DNA of 64,000 nt from Blastocladiella emersonii ATCC 22665 (GCA_025594325.1 JANHCV010000001.1:3348001-3412000); one strand, 5' to 3'; positions 10,063 to 21,704 are shown, counted from the stretch's first letter. The notes: generated by a model not told the origin, from the sequence alone. Numbers and translations are program-made.

Positions 10063-10683
10063 TTAGAGCATGAGGGCGACGACGCCGGCGGCGGCGACGA
10101 GGATGGCGGAGCCGACCTTGACGTCGGCGGCGCCCGAGGTAGTGTAGAGCGAGCCGTACGAGTCCTCGGCCTTCTTCTCGCCCTTGGCGGCGTCCTTCTT
10201 CTCGCCCGTCTGGTACACGGTGGCGGGCTGGGTCTCGGCGGGCTTGTCGTAGCCGGCCTCGTACGCGGCCGTGGTGGCGGCGGGGGTGGCCGTCGAGCAG
10301 GGCTCCTTCTTGTCGGCGACCTCGGACGCGGTGGGCGCCGGCGTGGCCGTCTCGCACGGGGTCGACGTGGTGGTCGGCGCGGGCGCCTTGTAGCCGGCGT
10401 CGTACTTGGGCTCGTCCTTCTTGGGGGTGTCGGTGGGCTTGGGCTGCTCGTACTTGGGCTCGTCCTTCTTGGGCGTGTCGTACTTGGGCTCGTCCTTCTT
10501 GGGCGTCTCCGAGGGCTTGGTGTAGCCGGCGGCCGACGTGGTGGTCGGGGGCTCGGGCTTGGCGCCGTACGCGGGGTTGGCGGGCGCAGCGGGCGCGGCC
10601 GGGGCGGCGGGGGCGCCGTACGAGGGGGCGGCGGCGGCAACGGCGGCGACCGAGGCGACAACGGCGAGCGAGAGGAACTTCAT
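10063..10683 (-). CDS. Secreted, probably GPI-anchored Pro/Thr/Lys/Tyr-rich repeat protein (orphan)
   Basis: Signal peptide MKFLSLAVVASVAAVAAAA; three PKKDEPKY repeats; C-terminal small residues then a hydrophobic tail SGAADVKVGSAILVAAAGVVALML*. Confidence 0.78.
   Translation of the reverse strand: MKFLSLAVVASVAAVAAAAPSYGAPAAPAAPAAPANPAYGAKPEPPTTTSAAGYTKPSETPKKDEPKYDTPKKDEPKYEQPKPTDTPKKDEPKYDAGYKAPAPTTTSTPCETATPAPTASEVADKKEPCSTATPAATTAAYEAGYDKPAETQPATVYQTGEKKDAAKGEKKAEDSYGSLYTTSGAADVKVGSAILVAAAGVVALML
10401..10503. repeat. Three exact 25-bp repeats encoding PKKDEPKY
   Basis: cgtacttgggctcgtccttcttggg at 10401-10425, 10449-10473 and 10479-10503. Confidence 0.85.
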
Positions 10684-11367
10684 GGCGATGATGGTGGTGG
10701 GATGCGGGTCTAGTCTCTAGATCTAGTGGAGCTGCCTGACGGGCGAGAGTGGGAGCGGGCGGCCGGGGGCGCGCCGTAGTCTTATACTCTGGCGGGATCG
10801 TCATGCGGGATCGCGCGAAACGTGCTCACCCGTCCGGTGGCGCAACGCCGCAGCGCGGCCCCACACGCGCGATGAAACGCTGGATCCGCCACCGCATGAC
10901 CTCGTCATAGAGCGTGGCCAACCACCTGCTCGTGTGGCGGTCCCTTGTCCCTGAGCGTCGCCAGCGACGGCTCACCATGACGCAGGGATCACGGCCTCGT
11001 GCGCAGAGATCAGCGGGACGATGGCCAGCGTGGGTCGCTCGCAGACGAAGCTCGCGCGCCCACGCGGACGGGCGTCGCAAACTGCCGTCAGTCTTCATGC
11101 GCTTCGTCATCGTCCTCAAGTGTCGAGGCGGCGAGTCGCGGTGTGTTGGCGCGAGCGAGCCGAGAACTCGAGGGTGGAGCGACGCGTCACGAAAAATCGA
11201 ATCCGCGTGCAGCAACCGGTCAGGTGACTCCACCTGATCTGAAACGCGACTGGCGAGACGCGCCTGCCCCGCCCGCGAGCGCGTCGTTGTCGTGCCGTTG
11301 CGCCACGCACCCATACCGACCACGGCGTGCATGTAACGGATCCACAACGTCATCAACTACCACCACC

Positions 11368-12910
11368 ATGTCCATGTTCGACGCGATCGTCGGCAAGGCC
11401 GCCGGCGCCAAGTTTGACGCCGAGCTCGACGGGCTCTTTGCCTCGTCCAAGGGCAAGTCGGCCGTCGCTGCCGGCAAGCCCGCCGGCTCGGCCGCGCCGG
11501 CGAAGAAGGGCACGCCCATCGCGATCCCGACCAACAAGAAGCCCGCGGCGCCCGCGAAGCCCGCCGCCGCGCCCGCCAAGGCAAAGCCTGCGCCGAAGCC
11601 CAAGGCCAAGGCTGCGCCGAAGACTGCCCCCGCGCCCGCTGCCGCGTCCGAGTCGGACGAGGATGATGCCTCGGACGACAGCGATGACAACGAGGAGGCC
11701 GACTCGGACGATGACAGTGAGGAGGGCAGTGACGATGAGGAGGCCGAGAGCGGCGACGACGACGCCGCGTCCGAGGACGGCGATGACGACGCCATGGACG
11801 TCGAGGAGGCTGCCGATGCCGACGAGGCCGCGCCCGCGTCCGCAAAGAAGCTCACGCCCAAGGCCATCGAGAAGGAGAAGCTGCAGTCGACCGTCTTCGT
11901 CGGTAACGTCACCATCAAGGCGTCCGAAAAGGTACTGCGCCATTGGTCGCGCCAACGCGGTTGTACGAGTGCTGACGCCCGTGATCGCTCGCGTCTAGGC
12001 CGTGTTCAAGGAGTTCAAGGCCCTCTTCGCCGCCTTCGGCAAGGTCAAGAGCATCCGTTTCCGCTCCATTGTACGCTCGCCGCACTTCCGCCCACCCCGC
12101 ACCGCGCGCGCATGCTGACCGTCCACCGCTCTCTCCATGCAGGCCTTCACCGACGCGCTCCCGCGCAAGCTCAACTTCAAGCTCAAGAACTTCCACCCGG
12201 AGCGCGAGACGTGCAACGCGTACGTGGTGATGAGCTCGCCCAAGGAGGCGCGCGCTGCGACCGCGGGCGTCAACACGACCGTGTTCCACGAGAAGCACCT
12301 GCGCGTCGACTACTGCGGCAAGATCGACGCCAAGTCGGACGACGCCGACGCGCCCGCGGTGCGCCGCCGCGACCCGAAGCGGTGCGTGTTCGTCGGCAAC
12401 GTGCCCTTTGACGTCGAGGACGAGTCCCTGTGGAAGCATTTCGCGCAGGCGGGCGACGTCGAGAACGTGCGTGTGATCCGCGACGCCAAGACCGGGCTCG
12501 GCAAGGGCTTCGCGTACGTGCAGTTCAAGGAGCGCGCGTCGGTGCCATTGGCCATCAAGCTGCACGAGACCGACTTTAACGGCAAGCCCCTGCGCGTCCT
12601 CAAGTGCCACAAGATGGACGACGCTACAGGCAAGGTCGCGACGCCTGTGCGCGGCGGCAACAACAAGAAGCAGGGTGGTAAGCCGTCCGACAAGGGCGCC
12701 AACCCGAAGAAGCGCCGGCGCGACGAGGACGGCGACGACGACGGCACCAACAAGTCGGCCAAGCGGCAGCGCAAGGCGCGGCCAAACCGCGCGCGCACGT
12801 CCGAGTGGAAGAAGGGCCACGACCAGAAGAAGCGCAAGGCCGCCAAGGAGCTCCCGCGCAAGCTCGCCAAGAAGGTGCGCAAGCTCAAGACGCAGGCGCC
12901 CAAGAAGTAA
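11368..12910 (+). CDS. NOP12: Nucleolar two-RRM protein Nop12/RBM34; 2 introns
   Basis: Basic then acidic N-terminus; [48 protein letters not shown]; Lys-rich tail. Intron 11932-11998 and a second near 12071-12141. Confidence 0.85.
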
Positions 12911-13039
12911 GCGCCGTTGCTGCTGTACTGTATCGTTTTTGCTCTCTCTCTTCATACACTAGTCTTCCGAGTATCACTGCTGCAAACGAACGAGGGAGGG
13001 AATCAAATTCAGAATTGGACAACGGAGCGACTCGCCCGC

Positions 13040-14126
13040 TTAGAAGATGGTCACGTAGTTGTTGATGCGGTCGCGCTGGCCCTGGGCGACGCACTCGGCG
13101 ATCCACACGATGTTGCGCACCTCCTGCTCGCGCAGGCGCAGGATGGCGTAGTAGACGCCGAACTGGAACTGCGACATGAAGGCGAACTTGTTGAGCTGCA
13201 CCTCGCGCTCGAAGAAGCGGTCCTCGAGCGTCTTGTTGTCGGCCGTGTCGAACAGGTGGCGGTAGTCCTAGTTGACCGTGAGTCAGCGGGGGTATCGAGC
13301 GCGAAGCGAGAGGCAGTCGTACGGGGTAGCCCTCGAGTACGGCCTTGACGGCGTCCACGTCATCGACGCGGGCGAGGCGGGCGGCGCCCTCGGGGTACAG
13401 CTTGCCAAAGTTGGGGAACAGCTTGTACCGGTCGTCCTTGGACAGCTCGGTGCCGAACGAGTTGATGGTGATGTTGATGACGCGGCGGTCGGCCTCGAAC
13501 TCGAGAATCGCCTTCATGGTGTCGGCGGTCACGTCGTCGAGCTCGGTGGTGACGAAGCGGTAAAAGTCCTCGAGGTAGGCCTTGTAGAGGGTGTTACGGA
13601 TGATCTCGATGTTGAGCTCGTCGAGGTCGTGGCTCGACAGGCAGTTCTTGAAGTAGGGGCCTAATGGGGTCTCGACGAGGGCGACCGAGTACAGGTCCTG
13701 GATGGTGGTGGCGACGGTGAGCGCCGGCATGGCGTCGAACCAGCCGAGCGGGTGGCACTTGTCGAGCAGCTCGGACGCGTCGCGCTGGTGCAGCGTGCCC
13801 GTGATGAGCAGGATGACGTTGTCGATCATGTACGCGTAGGTCAGGTACTCGAGGAACTTGCCGGCGCGGCCCACGGCGTTGGCGCGCAGGTACGCAAAGT
13901 CGGCGACGAGCCGCTCCGTCAGCCGCGCAAAGTAGACGGAGGTGGTGAGCGGCGGCGGCTCGTTGGCCAGGAAGTTGCCGTAGTCGGTCGCCGACAGCTG
14001 CAGCTTCATGTCCTCGAGCGTCTCGCACTGCGTCAGGTTCATGTACTGCGAGCTCGACAGCAGGCCCGACCGGAACCCGCGGACGATGCCCTCGAGGTAC
14101 CCGTCGTCGACGTTGAACGTGAGCAT
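13040..14126 (-). CDS. VMA6: V-type H+-ATPase V0 subunit d; 1 intron
   Basis: [19 protein letters not shown]...[14 protein letters not shown]...KCHPLGWF...[18 protein letters not shown]...[19 protein letters not shown]...[10 protein letters not shown]. Confidence 0.96.
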
Positions 14127-14190
14127 CTGGGCGGCGGGACGGGTGCTGAAGACGAGACTGGCGATGATCGGGGCGCGCGCGGGCCGGAGC

Positions 14191-14200
14191 GATACGTTGC
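14191..14200 (-). promoter_or_regulatory. Recurrent leader motif GCAACGTATC, 64 nt upstream of the VMA6 ATG
   Basis: Seen directly. Here it could alternatively be a 5'UTR intron donor (GTATCG...CAG|ATG). Confidence 0.4.
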
Positions 14201-14361
14201 GTCAAGTGTGCGTCGGCGGAAGCTCGCAAGAGAACGGGGCGGCACGAGAGGAAGTGGCCATCGCGGCGGCGGCGGCGGACAGCGACGCGTCGCTCACCCG
14301 CCGCCAACGTTTCGCAACTCTCCCGTCAAGTGAGCGCACGCGGTGGCGGCTCGCGAGGTTT

Positions 14362-14390
14362 TGTGAGACGCGTTTCTGTGAGACGCGTCG
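14362..14390. promoter_or_regulatory. Tandem TGTGAGACGCGT repeat (two MCB-like ACGCGT cores) upstream of VMA6
   Basis: ttttgtgagacgcgtttctgtgagacgcgtcg. Motif match only. Confidence 0.25.
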
Positions 14391-14446
14391 GGGAAAAATC
14401 GAGTACGTGTTACGCATAATCCTATGATGCTAAGCGCTCGTCCCCG

Positions 14447-17400
14447 TCACGAGCACACGTACGACCCCGTCGTGTCGGTGCTCGCCGTCATCGGGTCAAA
14501 CTCGTCTCCGGCCGCTCCTGCTGCCGCCGCGGTCGCGGTCGATGCAGCCCATGACGGGAGGGGCGATCCGTTCCTTCTTGTGGACCGTGCACCGTGGCCG
14601 CGCTGTGCTGGTGGGACGAGCTCGACCGACTCGGGGAGACCGAACTTGAACCCGCCGTCCTCGTCGTCGCTGCCCAGCGAGTCGTCGTCGTCCGAGCCCG
14701 AGCCCGAGTCGGAGTCGAGGCTGTGGATACTCTGGCACCCTCCATCACCAGCCGCCGTGTTCCACTCGCGGTGCCGCTTCGCCGGACTCGCCCCGACCCC
14801 GCCGTGCGCCGCCGCGCGCGCCGATCCCGCGCGCGAGTCCGCGTCCGACCCGGGCCCGGACGCTGGCCACGCGCACTCCTCGATGACGCTGAACAGGGCG
14901 CCAGGACTCCCCGTGCCGCCCCACTGCGCGACGCGGTCGACGAGGTCGTCGAGGTCTGCGCGCGACACGAGGAGGAACCCGAGCAGCATGGACGGGTCGA
15001 GCCGCGACATGGGCAGAGCGCGGACCTGGTGCGTGTGGTGCGCGGGGTTCGGGACCGCGGCGCGCCGCGTCGGCACCGGCTGCGGGAAGTGCGGGTCGAG
15101 GTACAGCATCGCGGTCCGCGCCATGAGTGCGACGCCGGGTTTGTCGGCCTCGGGGATCGGCGGCGAGGTGCGGGACGGGTGGTGGTTGGTGAGACCGCCG
15201 CCGCTGCCGCCGCGGCCACCGGGGCCCGGCGCGCCGGCGACGACGTGCGACCACGGCACGACGATGGGCGATGCGGCGGGGGATTCGTGAGGTGGCGACT
15301 CGCCGAAATGTTGCTGCTGCTGCTGTTGCTGCGACGGTCTGCGTATCCATTCTGGCCGCGTCCACGTCCCCGCAAAGTACAAGCTCGCGTCTTTCCTTCC
15401 CTACTCGCACGACAGACGCGTCAGTCTCGCTTAGAAGACCCGCTCCCGAAGAGCGAATCCGTACCCCAGAGATCCCAACACACTGCGGCCATCCAAATAG
15501 GTCGACGAGGTTCTTGGCGTAGCTCGGGTGCACGCTGGCCTGCCCGAGCATGACGGGCACGAGCAGCAGCGTAGGCCGCCACCCGTCGCCGTCCGCGTCG
15601 CTCCCGCCCTCGGCGCGTAGGATCAGCGGGTCGAGCGCAACCTGGGCGTCCATGGCGACGTGCACGACGAGGTCCGGGCCGACCTCCCTCGCCTTCCGCG
15701 CCGCCGCTGTCCCCGCGAGCCGGTCCTCGTTGAGCCCCGCGAGCACGTGCGCGATGATCGACGGCGAGTACCACGCGCCGACGCGGGTCCCGAACCGGTC
15801 GGCGCCGTGGGTGCAGATGCTGGGCAGCGAGAAAGGCGCCGCCTCCGTGTCCTCGAACATGCCCATGATGTGCGAGTACGCGTCGGCCGCCGCGGGGCCG
15901 CCAGCCGCGAGCGACCGCACGTCGTGCCCGCGGCCGAGCGCCGCCGTCAGGAACGCGCGCGCCAGGAGCATCTGCCCCGTGCGGTGCATGCACCCCCACC
16001 CGGTATCGGTGCGCGCCGACGCGTAGTCGATATTGGTGCGGTACGTGAACCACGGCAGGCTCTGCCACCGCGCGAGGAACGCGTCGGCCTCGAGCTGCGC
16101 GCGCGGCGAACCGAGACTCGCACGGCGCGCGCGACCAGCGGCAGCGGCGGAGGAGCCAGAGTCGAGGTTGTGGTGCACGACGCGTTTCGGCCACGGCTGC
16201 GCCAGATCGTCGCCGCTCGGGTGCTGGTTGGCGATATCGGAGAAGGTCATGGTGCTGGCGAGGCTCGCGGCGATATCGTCCTCGAACCCGCTGCTCTCGC
16301 TGTCGAGCGTGAGCATGCTCTCGGTGCGCCTCCGCGCGCCCGCCGGGACCGCCGTCGGGTCGCCCGGCGAGCCGTGGTGGTGGACGGCCGTGATGATCTC
16401 GGCGTCGTGGTCGCGCTCGCGGGTGAGCGTGATGGGTGCGCTCGCGGCCGAGGGCGACGACGAAGAGTGGCCGTCGTCGTGGGCGGGCAACGGGCGCGTG
16501 TGGTGCTCGATGAGGACCTGGCTCTCGGTCAGCGAGTCGGCCATGGCGGCGGGTACGCCGTCGTCGACATCGGCATCGGCGCGCCACGAGACCGAGTCGT
16601 AGGACTCGGAGAGGTGTGGCGCTTGCACGTCCTCGAAGTCGGTGGTCGACGAGCGCCGCACGCGGGCCGCGTCGTTGGTGCGGCCGGACAGGATGGCGCG
16701 TGGTGGGCTCTACGATCGTATCAATGTGAGCGGTCGTCGCAATCGTCGATTGACGAGAGCGAGCGTACCTGGATGTTGATGGGCGAGCTCGACAAATCCG
16801 ACCCGCGCTTCCCGGCGACCGCGAGCGGCGTGCCGCCGGCCTGTACGAGGAGGTAGCTCGCGTCGGCGGGACTCGCGCTCACGGACCCCTGCTGCGCGTC
16901 GTCGACCATGACAAACGACTCCTGGCGCTGCGGCGGCGCCTGGTCTTGGCGCGGCGGTCGACGGCGCGGGAGCGGCTGCGGGATATGCGACGGCGTGATG
17001 AGCGACTTGAACTGCTCGACGCTCGCGCGGATGGGCAGGTTCGACAGGCGCACGGGGATGAACGATGCCGCTGACGCTGGTGCGGATGGAGCGACGCGGC
17101 GCGGCGGTGCAGGGTCGGGCGATGCAGCGACCACGCGTGACGAGGACGGGCGCACGCGGACCGTGCTCCACGGCTCCTCGCTGCTCGCGGACGGCCGCTG
17201 CTGCACCTTGGCGAGCGACGGTGCGTCGGGAGCGGTCCCGGCGGTTGCGCGGTAGTGCGCAGCCTGTGGAGGCGGGTGCTGCTGCTGCTGCGCAAGGCTG
17301 CTGCCGCGCGAAGTCAGGTCGACGCGGCCGTCTACACACTGCCGCCGTCAGTCCCACGGTCAAGAAACAATCAGCGCAACGCGCGCACCGAGGTGATACC

Positions 17401-17624
17401 GCTCGCCGAGCAGCGTGACGTCGCCGGGTCCAATGTACGACAGTACGGCGCCCTCGAACTCGGGCTGGTTGGCGACGCGGTACAGCCACGACCTACATCC
17501 TCCCCGGTGTGCGCGGGTCAGCTGCGTGGACGGGGACCGCGTGGTGCGAGGGGTCGCGCGCGCACCCGACGTTGGCGCCGGCCGAGGTGGTGGACAGGGC
17601 CATGGGGATGGTCGACCAGTCCAT
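14447..17624 (-). CDS. ATG4: Autophagy cysteine protease Atg4 (peptidase C54) with long low-complexity extensions; about 4-5 introns
   Basis: Spliced start MDWSTIPMALSTTSAGANVG|SWLYRV...VTLLGERY; WFTYR, TDTGWGCMHRTGQMLLA (catalytic Cys), PLLLLVP-like PTLLLVPVMLG, FGWPQCVGISG, YLDPH (catalytic Asp/His), LDPSMLLGF. The exact 3' end is uncertain. Confidence 0.88.
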
Positions 17625-17823
17625 GGTTTAGGTGTGATGCATCGAGTGGGGCAGCTTCATGGGATGGGCGTTGCGTGGTTCAGGGGAGAGAGAGGATGAA
17701 GAGGAGGTCGGAGCGACGCGCCGCGCGACGCGTTCGGCTCGCGGGTCAGCTCGCGGGTCACCTCGTTGCGGGTCACCTCGTTCGGCGTCGATCTTCCCTT
17801 CTCCCGCCCGTACCGACCACAAC

Positions 17824-17833
17824 GCAACGTAAC
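17824..17833 (+). promoter_or_regulatory. Recurrent leader motif GCAACGTAAC, 4 nt upstream of the otubain ATG
   Basis: Seen directly. Confidence 0.5.
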
Positions 17834-17837
17834 ACAA

Positions 17838-18692
17838 ATGGACCCGCACGGAACTCCGAGCAACCCACCCGCCGCCGCGCCCTCGGCCACCCCGGAGACC
17901 GCGACCAAGCCGGCCGAGCCCGAGATCTCGGACGAGCAGATCCTGGCGGCCGAGGCGGCGATCCGCGACGCCGAAGCGCGCGCCAACGAGCTGGTCTCGG
18001 TGCCCTTGCCGCTCGAGACGCTGGTGCACGAGTACGCCGAGAACGCGCCGTTCCTGCGCAAGATTGAGCGTCTGCGCGGGACCGCGACGCACTACCGGCG
18101 GTGCCGCGGCGACGGCAACTGCTTCTACCGGGCCTTCGTGTACGCGTGGTACGAGCGCGTGCTGCACGATCCGACCAAGTACCTGGCGCGGGCCAAGGCG
18201 GACCTGGCCGCGGCGAAGCAGCTGCTGCTGAACGTCGGGTTCCAGCTGCTTGTCATCGAGGACTTCCTGGACGTGGCCGAGGACACGCTGCGCGCGCTCG
18301 AGTCGCGCGCCATCTACGACGACGACATGCTGCTGTCGCGGTTCCAGAGCGACGAGGTGAGCAACGCCGTCGTGGTCCTGTTCCGCTTCGTCACGTCCGC
18401 GTTCCTGCAGGCGCACGCCGACGACTACCTGCCGTTCGTCCTCGAGTACGCCGACGACATGGGCACCTACTGCGCGCACCACGTCGAGGCCATGGGCCGC
18501 GACGCCGACCACCTCCACATCATGGCCGTGTCGCGCCAGTTCGCCGTCAACATGGCCGTCACCTACCTCGACGGCAGCGCCGGCGACGAGGCCACCGTGC
18601 ACAAGTTCGAGGGCGACGACGCGCACCCGGACGACGTTATCGGGCTCCTGTACCGCCCCGGCCACTACGATCTCATCTACCGGCGCGTCTGA
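17838..18692 (+). CDS. OTUB1: Otubain deubiquitinase (peptidase C65), intronless
   Basis: YRRCRGDGNCFYRAF, VEAMGRDADHLHI, LLYRPGHYDLIY. Confidence 0.92.
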   Translation: MDPHGTPSNPPAAAPSATPETATKPAEPEISDEQILAAEAAIRDAEARANELVSVPLPLETLVHEYAENAPFLRKIERLRGTATHYRRCRGDGNCFYRAFVYAWYERVLHDPTKYLARAKADLAAAKQLLLNVGFQLLVIEDFLDVAEDTLRALESRAIYDDDMLLSRFQSDEVSNAVVVLFRFVTSAFLQAHADDYLPFVLEYADDMGTYCAHHVEAMGRDADHLHIMAVSRQFAVNMAVTYLDGSAGDEATVHKFEGDDAHPDDVIGLLYRPGHYDLIYRRV

Positions 18693-18780
18693 GGCGGGTC
18701 GCGGATGGACTATGGAGATTTTTTGGATTACAATCGAGAGGAATATAAGACAAGACGACGACAACGAACGGTCCCTCGCT

Positions 18781-19554
18781 TTACGAGTTGCGCGAGTAGT
18801 ACTCGTGGGCGAGACCGTGCACCTCGGGCGGGAACGGCGACGGCACCTCGCACTTGCCCGGCTTGACCATGGGCGCGCGCACGAACACGGCGCTGCAAGT
18901 GTTGAAGTTGACCTCGAGGTACTCGGGCACGAACATCCACGGCTGCTGGAACGGCCGCGGCGTGAACTTGAGCGCGCCGTTGCTCAGGGTCGCGGGGGCG
19001 GCGGGGGCGGGCGCAGCCGACTCGGCACCAGCGGCAGCGGCCTCACCCTCCTTGGCGGCGGGCGGCGCGGGGCGCGAGAGCATCGGGATGGCCGTGGGCT
19101 GGACCGAGAACATGTCGCCGTCGCGCAGGAGGTACGACGGCTGCTTGCACTGCTGCCCGTTGACGAGGACCTTGCCGTGCGAGACCATCTGGCGTGCGGC
19201 GTAGACCGAGGGGGCGAAGCACGCGCGGAAGATGGCGACATCGACGCGGCGCTCGAGCGGCGAGAAGGTGAGCGTCTGCATGGGCGGCAGCTTGCGTGCG
19301 CCCTCCTCGCCCGACGTGTTGCCGAAGACGGGCAGCGGCTCGGACCGCCACGCGCTCACAAACTGGCGCTCGGTCACGTTGCCGCCGTGGTACGCGCGCG
19401 CCTCCTTCTTGGCCTGCCACATCTGCTGGAACAGCGTGCGCCGCGACAGGTCCGGGTAGTTGCGCCGCGCCGCCAGGTTGTACAGGTTCTGCTTGTTCCA
19501 CGACATGCGGATCAGCCCGCGCACGATGCTGAAGCGGCCCGGTCTCGGCTTCAT
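18781..19554 (-). CDS. NAM9: Mitochondrial ribosomal protein uS4m (Nam9-like)
   Basis: MKPRPGRFSIVRGLIRMSWNKQNLYNL...FQQMWQAKKEARAYHG...LERRVDVAIFRACFAPSVYAARQMVSHGKVLVNG (S4 domain)...FTPRPFQQPWMFVPEYLEVNF. Confidence 0.88.
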   Translation of the reverse strand: MKPRPGRFSIVRGLIRMSWNKQNLYNLAARRNYPDLSRRTLFQQMWQAKKEARAYHGGNVTERQFVSAWRSEPLPVFGNTSGEEGARKLPPMQTLTFSPLERRVDVAIFRACFAPSVYAARQMVSHGKVLVNGQQCKQPSYLLRDGDMFSVQPTAIPMLSRPAPPAAKEGEAAAAGAESAAPAPAAPATLSNGALKFTPRPFQQPWMFVPEYLEVNFNTCSAVFVRAPMVKPGKCEVPSPFPPEVHGLAHEYYSRNS

Positions 19555-19581
19555 GGTGTCTGGTCGGGGTTGCGGGGAGTC

Positions 19582-19591
19582 GATGCGTTGC
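19582..19591 (-). promoter_or_regulatory. Leader motif variant GCAACGCATC, 27 nt upstream of the NAM9 ATG
   Basis: Seen directly. Confidence 0.4.
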
Positions 19592-19853
19592 CTGATGCGT
19601 GGTGCCCGCGGGATTCGTCGGTGAAGATCGCTGTTGATCATGGGCAGCGGCGGCAGCGCGGCAGCCAACTCTGCCACCGCTCGGCGCACATGTGATGGCG
19701 ATCGGCGTGGCAGGTCGCCTCGCGACTCGCGTCTATCTCCTCTCGAGCTCCCGCTCGCTTCCACCGTTGAAGAGAAAGGGCGCCGAGCCCAATAATAATA
19801 ACAAACGAAGACGGGGAGTTCACAAAACACGCATCAAAAGTCACATTCGCGCC

Positions 19854-21704
19854 TTACTGAGCCACACCCTCGGCGTACTCTTGTGGCGTGGGCAGGTCGG
19901 ACGCCGAGAGCGCCTCGAGCGGGAGCCCCGCCGCCGACGCGTCGGCCGACTCGGCGCCCGCGGGCGGCTGCGCCGAGTTGGTGTCGTTCTCGTCGAGGTC
20001 GAGGCGCAACCGCTTGACGCCGTCGTCGGCGCCCGCAGCGGCCTCGCCCATCGTCGTCTCGTCAAACTTGCGCTTATGCTGCTGCGCCGCCGCCGCGTCC
20101 TGGTCCATGGCGACAGCTGCCGCGGCCGCCGCAGCCTCGTCAGCGGCCTGCTGCTGCTGGGCCTGCTGGGCCTGCTGCTGCTGGTGGTGGGCGGCCATCT
20201 GCTGGTCGTGCGCGGCCTGCACGGCGGCCATGGCGGCGGCCTGCTGGAACTGCTGGAACTGCTCAACCTGCTGGTCGTGGAGCTGCTGCTGCTGCTGCTG
20301 GGCGGCAGCCGCGGCCGCGGGGTCCTGGGACTGAGCAGCGGCCGCGGCGGCGGCGGCAGCCTGCTGCGCCTGCTGGGCCTGCTCGGGGGTGAGACCGGCG
20401 GCCGCGGCGGCCGCAGCGGCAGCAGCCGCGTGGGCGGCGTGCATCTGCTGCTCGGCGTCGGGGTGGTGGTGCGCGTGCTCCATGCCGGCCGCCGCCGCGG
20501 CGGCAGCAGCAGCAGCGGCGGCGGCCGCGTCGACGGCGTGCATCGGGACCTGGCCTTGCTGGGCGGCGGCGGCGGCCACGGCGGCGGCCTGCTGGGCCTG
20601 CTGCTGCTGGGTCATGCCGGGGTGCTGGAGGCCGGGCATGTGGCCGGGGTGCGGGTAGGCGTGCTGCGGCCACGCGCCGGGCGGGGGCGGGGCAAAGTAG
20701 TGGTAGCCCGGGTGCATGGCGGCGGCCATGGCGTGGGCGTGGTAGGGCGGGACCGAGGGGGCCGGGGGCTGGGCGCGCGGGGGCGCCTCGCCGCCGAGCT
20801 GGCCAATCTGCGAGCGCAGGGCCTCGTTCTCGGACTTGAGGTACTCGACGTAGCCCGTCAGGTCGTTGATGGCCTGGTCGGCGAGCATCTTGTCGAGGGT
20901 CCAGCGCTCGGCGTTGCGCTGCTCGGCCTCCTTGAGCTGCTGAATGTACTGGACGGCGCGGTGCAGGATGCCCCCCTTGTTGCGGTCCGAGCAGTTGGGC
21001 ACGATCTTGGCCAGCTCGTTGATGCCCGTGTTGATGACCTCGCGGCGGCGGCGCTCCACCTCCTTGTGCGACTCGCGGCGCAGCTTGAGCCACTCGTCGG
21101 TGCCCGGCTGCGGCTTGGAGTTGGGGTCGGACGAGGTGGACCCGACCGTGGCCGTGGTCGGCGTGGTGGCGGATCCCGGGGTCGGAGCGCCGACGGCGGT
21201 GGCCGCGGCCATGGTGGCGACCTGCATCTGCTGCTGCTGCTGGGCGGCGGCGGCCGCGTGGAGCTGCTGCTGGTGCTGGTGGTGGGCGGCAGCGATGGCG
21301 GCGGCCTGCTGCTGCTCGGCGTGCTGTTGTTGCTGCTGCTGCTGCTGCACCTGCTGGACGCCGGCCTGCGCGGCCATCAGCTGAGCCATCTCGGCCTCGG
21401 TCGGCTCGGCCATGCCGGGGACGGGCATGCCCGACGGCACCCCCGAGGGCGTGGGCGACGGCACGGCCTGGGCGGCGGCCGAGGCGGCGTCGGCCATGGC
21501 CTGGGCCTGGGCCTGCGCGGCAGCGAGATCGCCGGCACTGGGCATCACGCTCACAGCGGCGGCGGCGGCAGCGGCAGCCGCGGCGTCGGCGAGGAGGCCC
21601 TCCTGGGTCAGGGCGGGCTCGGCGTTGGGGATCGAGGGCGCGGCCGAGGCGGTCTCGGAAACCTGGACAATGTCGGCCATGTCGGCGAGGTCGGCGGTGG
21701 ACAT
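19854..21704 (-). CDS. CBF1: Cbf1/USF-like bHLH-ZIP transcription factor with polyQ/polyA tracts
   Basis: RRESHKEVERRRREVINTGINELAKIVPNCSDRNKGGILHRAVQYIQQLKE...WTLDKMLADQAI, the fungal Cbf1 signature. Confidence 0.8.
   Translation of the reverse strand: MSTADLADMADIVQVSETASAAPSIPNAEPALTQEGLLADAAAAAAAAAAVSVMPSAGDLAAAQAQAQAMADAASAAAQAVPSPTPSGVPSGMPVPGMAEPTEAEMAQLMAAQAGVQQVQQQQQQQQHAEQQQAAAIAAAHHQHQQQLHAAAAAQQQQQMQVATMAAATAVGAPTPGSATTPTTATVGSTSSDPNSKPQPGTDEWLKLRRESHKEVERRRREVINTGINELAKIVPNCSDRNKGGILHRAVQYIQQLKEAEQRNAERWTLDKMLADQAINDLTGYVEYLKSENEALRSQIGQLGGEAPPRAQPPAPSVPPYHAHAMAAAMHPGYHYFAPPPPGAWPQHAYPHPGHMPGLQHPGMTQQQQAQQAAAVAAAAAQQGQVPMHAVDAAAAAAAAAAAAAAGMEHAHHHPDAEQQMHAAHAAAAAAAAAAAGLTPEQAQQAQQAAAAAAAAAQSQDPAAAAAAQQQQQQLHDQQVEQFQQFQQAAAMAAVQAAHDQQMAAHHQQQQAQQAQQQQAADEAAAAAAAVAMDQDAAAAQQHKRKFDETTMGEAAAGADDGVKRLRLDLDENDTNSAQPPAGAESADASAAGLPLEALSASDLPTPQEYAEGVAQ

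Noticed and set aside
19854-21704. CAG/GCN tracts in the bHLH, OSCA and 4E-T-like genes as repeat arrays or CRISPR
   Set aside because: They are in-frame polyQ/polyA low complexity with no repeat-spacer pattern and no cas genes.
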